From Candidatus Thorarchaeota archaeon (GTDB lineage Archaea; Asgardarchaeota; Thorarchaeia; Thorarchaeales; Thorarchaeaceae), in contig JBHLQM010000074.1 of NCBI GenBank assembly GCA_048884785.1, positions 1 to 13,795 on the forward strand: DNA of 13,795 nt. The letters run 5' to 3'. This document shows, in pieces, positions 8,606 to 13,795 of this stretch (positions are counted from its first letter, which is position 1; every line of letters starts with the position of its first letter). Both the position numbers and the translations under genes were made by a program. The notes beneath the pieces were generated by a model that worked only from the letters and a program-made list of their open reading frames with translations, was not told the origin of the DNA and did not search any database.

Positions 8606-10383
8606 CAGAAGGTCAGGTGGAGTCCGTTTCTGCAGAACTCAACGCTACGCCACGGATTGGCGTATTTGTATGTCACTGTGGTCATAATATTGCAGGTGTG
8701 GTAGATGTAGAAAAAGTTGCAGACTCTGCTAAGAAACTACCGAATGTTGCATTCGCGACTCATGAAATGTTCACCTGTTCTGATGCAGGGCAGGAGCTAA
8801 TTCGTGAGAAGATAAAGGAGTGCAATCTCAATCGTGTGGTTGTAGCTAGCTGTTCGCCTCGTATGCATGAACCAACATTTCGTCGAGTTGTTGAAGAAGC
8901 AGGGTTAAACAGATATCTCTTTGAACAGGTGAATCTTAGAGAGCATGTTTCTTGGTGCCACTCAAGGGAGCCAAACGCAGCCACACAGAAAGCATCTGAT
9001 CTCATTCGGATGGCAGTCGCGCGAGCTGCAGAACTCGAAGCATTGCCGATAAAGCGAGTACAAATAACTCCTAGAACACTTATTGTGGGTGGCGGAATCG
9101 CAGGCATCAGAGCAGCATTGGATGTCGCAGATCGTGGATTTGAAGCAGTCATTGTTGAACGTGATTCGGAATTAGGTGGCAATGTTCGAAAATGGTCGCA
9201 TATGTTCCCTGGTGAAAAACCAGGAAAGGAAGTTCTGAAGCCCTTAATTGAGCGCGCTCAGAAACACAAGAATATCAAAATCCTTACTGGCGCGCATGTC
9301 GAGAACTTTGAGGGGTATGTTGGAAACTTCGAAGCCCATATTGCGGTTCAAGGGCTCAAAAATACAAAGAAGTTTCAGGTTGGCACCGTCATCGTTGCCA
9401 CAGGATTTGAACCATTTACACCCCAAGGCCACTATGCCTATGGTGAAAGCCCTGATATCCTAACGCTAGCCGAGCTTCAATCGCTTCCAGATGAAGAGCA
9501 ATACCTTAGACGAAGTGACAGCAAGCCTGTAAAGAAAGTTGCCTTCATAGGCTGCGTAGGTTCTCGTGAGCCAGGAGTGAAGGGGCATGAGCATTGTTCG
9601 CGATACTGCTGTTCTGCTCTTGCCAAGACGGCTGCAATCATGAAGAAACGGCTCGATGAAGCTATTATCCTGTATCAAGATATTCGCACCTATGGAAAAG
9701 ACCACGAGGAATTCCAACGAATCGCTCGTGATAGGCATGTTATCTACTCAAAATTCCCAACCGAGAATAAACCCAAAGTAATTGTAAAGAATAAGAAGAT
9801 CAAACTATACTGGCATGATGTTTTCTCAGATTCACCACTTGATTTTGAGCCAGACCTCCTCATTCTTGCGTCTGCAATGACACCGCCGGATGGCATAGAA
9901 GAGGTTTCGCATGCGTTTGGCCTGACTCGTAGTGGTGATGGATTCTTCAATCCGGAGCACATCAAATTGGCTCCCGTATCCACTCATACAGCAGGAATCA
10001 TGATAGCTGGAGCAGCGCAGGCTGCAAAGAATGCATCTGAGGCTGTGATTGATGCAAGTGGGGCGGCAGCGAAAGTTGTTGGATTAATGGCAAAGGGAGC
10101 TGTGGAGATCGAGTCAACAGTGTCCAGAGTACTTCCCGAGCTTTGTTCGTCATGTGCTACATGCATTACAGCCTGTCCATATCGAGCTATTGAGTGGGAC
10201 GAATCACGTGACCCGCACATCGCACAGGTCCAGGAAGCAAAGTGCCACGGTTGCGGAACCTGTGCTGCAGCATGTCCTAGTAGTGCTATCATCATGTTGC
10301 ATTCCACAGATAGTCAAATCATGGCGATGGTGGAGGCCTACCTCTGCCCACCGCCCGAAACCACAGGAGGTGGTGTAAAGTGA
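8602..10383 (+). CDS. hdrA: Second HdrA-like subunit with N-terminal Fe-S domain, FAD domain and C-terminal ferredoxin, but no inserted ferredoxin
   Basis: RIGVFVCHCGHNIAG, FTCS, VVASCSPRMHEPTF, NLREHVSWCH, LIVGGGIAG, GCVGSR..CSRYCC, CSSCATCITACP and CHGCGTCAAACP. ATG 8602 overlaps the hdrB TGA (ATGA) after SD GGGGTGA. Confidence 0.93.
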   Translation: MTEGQVESVSAELNATPRIGVFVCHCGHNIAGVVDVEKVADSAKKLPNVAFATHEMFTCSDAGQELIREKIKECNLNRVVVASCSPRMHEPTFRRVVEEAGLNRYLFEQVNLREHVSWCHSREPNAATQKASDLIRMAVARAAELEALPIKRVQITPRTLIVGGGIAGIRAALDVADRGFEAVIVERDSELGGNVRKWSHMFPGEKPGKEVLKPLIERAQKHKNIKILTGAHVENFEGYVGNFEAHIAVQGLKNTKKFQVGTVIVATGFEPFTPQGHYAYGESPDILTLAELQSLPDEEQYLRRSDSKPVKKVAFIGCVGSREPGVKGHEHCSRYCCSALAKTAAIMKKRLDEAIILYQDIRTYGKDHEEFQRIARDRHVIYSKFPTENKPKVIVKNKKIKLYWHDVFSDSPLDFEPDLLILASAMTPPDGIEEVSHAFGLTRSGDGFFNPEHIKLAPVSTHTAGIMIAGAAQAAKNASEAVIDASGAAAKVVGLMAKGAVEIESTVSRVLPELCSSCATCITACPYRAIEWDESRDPHIAQVQEAKCHGCGTCAAACPSSAIIMLHSTDSQIMAMVEAYLCPPPETTGGGVK

Positions 10384-10823
10384 CGACAACGTCAAATGAA
10401 GTATCAGTCGAATTCGAGTGGGAACCGAGAATAGTTGCCTACTGCTGCAACTGGTGTTCCTATGCCGGAGCTGACCTAGCTGGAACAAGCAGAATACAAT
10501 ATCCGCCTAATGCTAGAATTCTCCGTGTGAACTGCACAGGGAGAATTGATCCTGAGTTCATCTTGGCTGCCCTTGATATGGGCGCAGATGGAGTTCTGGT
10601 TTCTGGGTGCCATCCAGGGGACTGTCACTATACTAGCGGCAATCTCAAGGCACGAGCAAGATGGGCACTCATGGAGAAGGTGATAGAGCAATCAGGTGTC
10701 AATCCAAAGCGAGTGCGTCTGCAATGGGCAAGCGCCTCAGAGGCACAAATCTTCGCTGATGGGGTTCGAACACTTGTCGACCAAGTTCGTGAGCTTGGAC
10801 CAATTGAGAGGGAGTGGCGATGA
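10380..10823 (+). CDS. mvhD: F420-non-reducing hydrogenase [2Fe-2S] subunit D (all-cysteine form)
   Basis: IVAYCCNWCSYAGADLAGTSRIQYP, RVNCTGRIDP, GADGVLVSGCHPGDCHY, WASASEA. GTGA overlap with the hdrA2 stop. Confidence 0.96.
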   Translation: MTTTSNEVSVEFEWEPRIVAYCCNWCSYAGADLAGTSRIQYPPNARILRVNCTGRIDPEFILAALDMGADGVLVSGCHPGDCHYTSGNLKARARWALMEKVIEQSGVNPKRVRLQWASASEAQIFADGVRTLVDQVRELGPIEREWR

Positions 10824-11053
10824 GAAGATTCTCAGGTTTCTTTGAACAAAAACATAGTGAAGTCCGACATCAGCGCCAGAGGATTAAGGAAGCAGTGAGT
10901 GGCGGCGCAAATACGGTAGACAAGATTTCAGAGGCCACCAAAATGCCCAAGGAGCTTGTAGTATGGAATCTCATGGGCTTGCTAAAGTGGGGTCAGGTTG
11001 AAGTTTGTGGTGAAGTGAACCATGAACCTGTGTACGCTATCAAGGAGGCCTAA
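10820..11053 (+). CDS. Small winged-helix-like protein (77 aa), function unknown
   Basis: ATGA overlap with mvhD and a 2-nt gap to mvhG. The pattern IKEAVSGGANTVDKISEATKMPKELVVWNLMGLLKWGQVEV..PVYAI fits a helix-turn-helix plus beta-wing; fold assigned by eye. Confidence 0.8.
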   Translation: MRRFSGFFEQKHSEVRHQRQRIKEAVSGGANTVDKISEATKMPKELVVWNLMGLLKWGQVEVCGEVNHEPVYAIKEA

Positions 11054-11055
11054 TA

Positions 11056-11991
11056 ATGGGAGATCCTGTACCTGTTGCAATGGCTCAAGGTTCCTCATGC
11101 TGGGGATGTTTCCAAAGCCTTATTGATATCCACCTCGGACTCGCGGATGTTTTGCCGAAGTTGGATATTAAGTACTGGCAAGCTGTTGTAGACTTCAAAC
11201 TGCATCATCTTGAGGGTTATGAAGACAAGTCTATTGTTGTTGGATTCTTTGAGGGTATGGCAAGAACCGAGGAGGATATCCATCTTCTAAAGACCATGCG
11301 CAATAAGTGTCAGATTCTGATAGCCTATGGGTCTTGTTCCTGCTTCGGAGGGATTCCAACCTTGGCCAACCTCTCTGACATTGAGGAGTGCTACGATGTG
11401 AAATATCGTGAAAACAAGACATTCAGTGGCGGAAAGGTTCCATCTGAGAATATTCCAAAGATAGAAACAGTGGTCAGACCGAATTCCGACTTTGTCAACT
11501 TTGATATTTACCTACCCGGATGTCCGCCGACTCCAAAACTCATTGCGACGGCAGTGACATCTTTACTTGAAGGAAAAGAACTTGAACTTCCACCTCATAC
11601 AGTCTGTCACTACTGCAAGAGAGAGAAGAAGGAGACCCCGATTGACAACATCCTGCGTCCATTTCAGGGCATAGCTGACCCAGAACGATGCCTGCTAGAG
11701 CAAGGATACATTTGTGTGGGGTCAGCAACGTGGGGTTTGTGCGAAGGCCAGTGTGTCAATAAGGGTGCAACCTGCCGAGGTTGCTTTGGACCTCCACCTC
11801 CTATAATGGCTGACCATGGGGCAGCTTCTATCTCAATGCTGGGGACATATGCCCCTATTGAACCAGAAAAGCTTGTTGAGCAAGTCAAAGATCCTCTTGG
11901 TACTTTCTATCGTTTTGACTATGGAACAAGTCACCTCAATAGAATACGTATCAGGAGGGAAGATATCGTGAGACCCAGGGAGGTACACTAA
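11056..11991 (+). CDS. mvhG: Group 3c [NiFe(Se)]-hydrogenase small subunit (MvhG/VhuG)
   Basis: SSCWGC, EG..R, AYGSCSCFGGIP, YLPGCPP, VCHYCKR, CLLEQGYICVG..C...C..CRGCFG; SD GGAGG upstream. Confidence 0.94.
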   Translation: MGDPVPVAMAQGSSCWGCFQSLIDIHLGLADVLPKLDIKYWQAVVDFKLHHLEGYEDKSIVVGFFEGMARTEEDIHLLKTMRNKCQILIAYGSCSCFGGIPTLANLSDIEECYDVKYRENKTFSGGKVPSENIPKIETVVRPNSDFVNFDIYLPGCPPTPKLIATAVTSLLEGKELELPPHTVCHYCKREKKETPIDNILRPFQGIADPERCLLEQGYICVGSATWGLCEGQCVNKGATCRGCFGPPPPIMADHGAASISMLGTYAPIEPEKLVEQVKDPLGTFYRFDYGTSHLNRIRIRREDIVRPREVH

Positions 11992-13307
11992 TGACGAATG
12001 ATAAGACAATTCGAATTGACCCTGTAACTCGACTTGAAGGCCATGGAGCTCTAACCATTAAACTCAGTAAGGACAACAAAGTCAAAGATATCCAATATAA
12101 TGTGGGCTCTACAAGATTCTTTGAGAAGTTCCTAACTGGGCGACCAATGGAGGAAGCTCCCCGTATTGCCCCCAGGATTTGTGGAATCTGTCCTATTCCC
12201 CACCATCTGGCATCAATCAAAGCAGTTGAAGCGGCTTGGGATGTAAAACCACCACCAGCCGCAATTAAGCTGCGACGGTTGATGATTGAAGCCAAACAAC
12301 TCTCTTCACATGCAATTCATTTCTATGCCCTTGCGGCTCCTGACTTTGTATTTGGCCCGTTTGCCAATCCAGCTGTCAGAAATGTTGCGGCTGTTTTGAA
12401 GCACTTGCCAGATGTGACAGTTCAAGCCATCAAGATCATGGAGTTTGGACAAGAGCTCATTCGTGATATTGGTGCAAAATCTGTGCATCCTGTCACCGGA
12501 ATTCCGGGCGGAATGCTGAATACACTAAAGGAAGAGGAGCGTGACAAATGGCTAAAGCAAGTCCCTGAGATGCTTGAAAATGTCAACAAAACCGTAGAGC
12601 TTGCTAAGACTGTGGTCAACGCATATCTAGATGTCATAACGAAAGTTGCTGTTACACCTACATACTATATTGGTCTTACTAACAATGGCACCTTAGATAT
12701 TTATGATGGAAATGTGCGTGTGATGGACCCGGACGGCAAGATTGTTGCTGACTTTGAGCCAAAAGACTACACTAAGTACTACGGAGAACACATTCCAAAG
12801 CATGCATATGCAACCCACATTTACTTCAAACCAGCAGGATATCCTGAAGGAATTTGGAGAGCAAACACACTTGCTCGATGCAATGTTGCAGATAAGATGG
12901 CTACACCATTAGCAGATGCAGCTTTGAAGGAAATGCGGGACCTTGTGGGTCGGCCTTCACATCACACGTTTGTCTACCACTACGCACGTATTGTAGAGCT
13001 CGTGCAAGCCGCAGAGTGGATTAAGACACTACTGGAAGACCCTGACATTGTCAGTACTGATGTAAAGCTGTCAGATGTTGAACCAAAGGCTGGAGATGGT
13101 GTAGGTATTGTAGAGGCTCCACGAGGCACTTTGCTACACAATTATACAAGTGATGAGAAAGGTATGCTTGTGCATGCAAACCTCATCGTTGCTACAAATA
13201 ACAACATCGCTGGGATAGAGAAGTCTCTCATGACGGCAGCGAAACAGATCTTCGAGGATAAGGCTCTCGATAGTCTGAAACTACCGGAACCACTGGTTAA
13301 GACCTAG
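11991..13307 (+). CDS. vhuA: Group 3c hydrogenase large subunit, N-terminal chain (VhuA-type, lacks the C-terminal L2 motif)
   Basis: IDPVTRLEGH, RFFEKFLTGRP, L1 motif PRICGICPIPH, VHPV..PGG, EAPRGTLLHNY, NLIVATNNN. It ends at TAG without DPCxxCxxH. Confidence 0.93.
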   Translation: MTNDKTIRIDPVTRLEGHGALTIKLSKDNKVKDIQYNVGSTRFFEKFLTGRPMEEAPRIAPRICGICPIPHHLASIKAVEAAWDVKPPPAAIKLRRLMIEAKQLSSHAIHFYALAAPDFVFGPFANPAVRNVAAVLKHLPDVTVQAIKIMEFGQELIRDIGAKSVHPVTGIPGGMLNTLKEEERDKWLKQVPEMLENVNKTVELAKTVVNAYLDVITKVAVTPTYYIGLTNNGTLDIYDGNVRVMDPDGKIVADFEPKDYTKYYGEHIPKHAYATHIYFKPAGYPEGIWRANTLARCNVADKMATPLADAALKEMRDLVGRPSHHTFVYHYARIVELVQAAEWIKTLLEDPDIVSTDVKLSDVEPKAGDGVGIVEAPRGTLLHNYTSDEKGMLVHANLIVATNNNIAGIEKSLMTAAKQIFEDKALDSLKLPEPLVKT

Positions 13308-13318
13308 GAGATGAAGTG

Positions 13319-13483
13319 ATGACCGAAGAAATACCCGAAGGCGTACTCAACCTCATTGAGATGGTCGTACGCTGTTATGACTGCTGACTATCATGTGCGG
13401 CTCACATGGTTGTCGTTCGTGAGGATGACGATGGTGAACTGCACGAGATAGCCAGGAAGGATCTAGTGCTGGGCGGCGCATGA
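13319..13483 (+). CDS. vhuU: Selenocysteine-containing hydrogenase peptide VhuU (54 aa; Sec TGA at 13385-13387)
   Basis: MTEEIPEGVLNLIEMVVRCYDC-U-LSCAAHMVVVREDDDGELHEIARKDLVLGGA*. It has its own SD (AGGAG, 13306-13310). The TGA sits at the first Cys position of the L2 motif (RxxDPCxxCxxH) that vhuA lacks, homology continues past the TGA, and a SECIS follows. Confidence 0.95.
13385..13415 (+). promoter_or_regulatory. In-CDS hairpin starting on the Sec codon (SRE-like / bacterial-SECIS-like)
   Basis: UGACUAUCAUGUG-[CGGCU]-CACAUGGUUGUCG: 12 of 13 positions pair (two G-U pairs, one U-U mismatch). Confidence 0.65.
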
Positions 13484-13538
13484 AGGTCCAACCGAAACTC
13501 GGGTTGGACTGGACGACCCCGCAAGGGTCGCCCGCACT
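13465..13538 (+). promoter_or_regulatory. Eukaryote-type SECIS element
   Basis: AUGA (13480-83), N11, AA (13495-96), N15, GA (13512-13). Helix II GGUCCAACC/GGUUGGACU; helix I AGUGC-U-GGGC/GCCCGCACU; extra hairpin GACCC-CGCAA-GGGUC. Confidence 0.85.
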
Positions 13539-13546
13539 CTCCTTCA

Positions 13547-13558
13547 TTCTTTCTTTTT
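13547..13558 (+). terminator. Pyrimidine/oligo-U tract, likely archaeal terminator of the operon
   Basis: TTCTTTCTTTTT immediately after the SECIS and before a convergent gene. Confidence 0.55.
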
Positions 13559-13612
13559 GAATTCACTTGTCGAAAGTGTAAAACGTATTCTTGAGTGGTT
13601 CATGAAACACCT

Positions 13613-13795
13613 TCAAGATTTAGATGGAGGATTCGCAAGAATCATAAAAACAGCAATTGATAGAATGATCACTGCAAAAACAAGTATGATAATGAGGATA
13701 AGAGAATAATCCACCAGGGTGTACTCAATCTGGGATAATAGGGAAATATCGATTCCTAGAGCTGAAAAAGCTATGAGCAGAATTATTATCCATGC
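13613..13795 (-). CDS. C-terminal end of an integral membrane protein (start outside the window)
   Basis: Open frame AWIIILLIAFSALGIDISLLSQIEYTLVDYSLILIIILVFAVIILSIAVFMILANPPSKS* with two hydrophobic segments; TGA at 13615-13613. Confidence 0.7.
   Translation of the reverse strand, partial: AWIIILLIAFSALGIDISLLSQIEYTLVDYSLILIIILVFAVIILSIAVFMILANPPSKS

Noticed and set aside
4340-12637. Short antisense and alternate-frame ORFs within the hdr/mvh genes
   Set aside because: They overlap well-supported genes almost entirely and have no independent coding signal.
11991-13483. Reading vhuA/vhuU as a frameshifted or nonsense pseudogene of mvhA
   Set aside because: The second part has its own SD and ATG, the TGA is exactly at the Ni-ligand position, a SECIS follows, and the split matches known VhuA/VhuU.
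13481-13594. Read-through of the vhuU terminal TGA as a second Sec
   Set aside because: It is not at a Cys-homologous position, it lies inside the SECIS core, and the extension merely translates the RNA structure and U-tract.
13353-13603. Minus-strand ORF 13353..13547 and a 19-codon ORF from ATG 13603 (MNHSRIRF...) with an AGGTG upstream
   Set aside because: Antisense to vhuU, the SECIS and the terminator, with no protein-like features; most likely chance.
1-13795. CRISPR arrays, tRNA/rRNA genes (including tRNA-Sec), IS elements
   Set aside because: No regularly spaced repeats, cloverleaf, transposase ORF or terminal inverted repeats were seen by eye.

Overview
Archaeal energy-metabolism region, most likely from an Asgard archaeon (inferred from the SECIS type and gene set). 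On the left, a tungsten aldehyde:ferredoxin oxidoreductase (AOR family, minus strand, running off the window and missed by the ORF track) is divergent from a GTP-dependent PEP carboxykinase. After a ~640-bp intergenic region comes a tightly coupled operon: hdrA1 (HdrL-type, with a GltD/NfnB-like NAD(P)H module inserted), hdrC, hdrB, hdrA2, mvhD, a small winged-helix ORF, mvhG, a hydrogenase large subunit lacking its C-terminal Ni motif (vhuA), and vhuU. The main hidden signal is vhuU (13319-13483), an unannotated 54-aa selenoprotein that supplies the missing motif as RCYDC-U-LSCAAH through an in-frame TGA. It carries two RNA signals: a hairpin starting on the Sec codon, and a eukaryote-type SECIS whose AUGA core contains the gene's own stop codon and which has an extra side hairpin. 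The two HdrA proteins have reciprocal domain losses, suggesting an obligate asymmetric heterodimer. The window ends in the 3' end of a convergent membrane-protein gene. All calls come from manual translation, motif recognition and hand folding; no searches were run.
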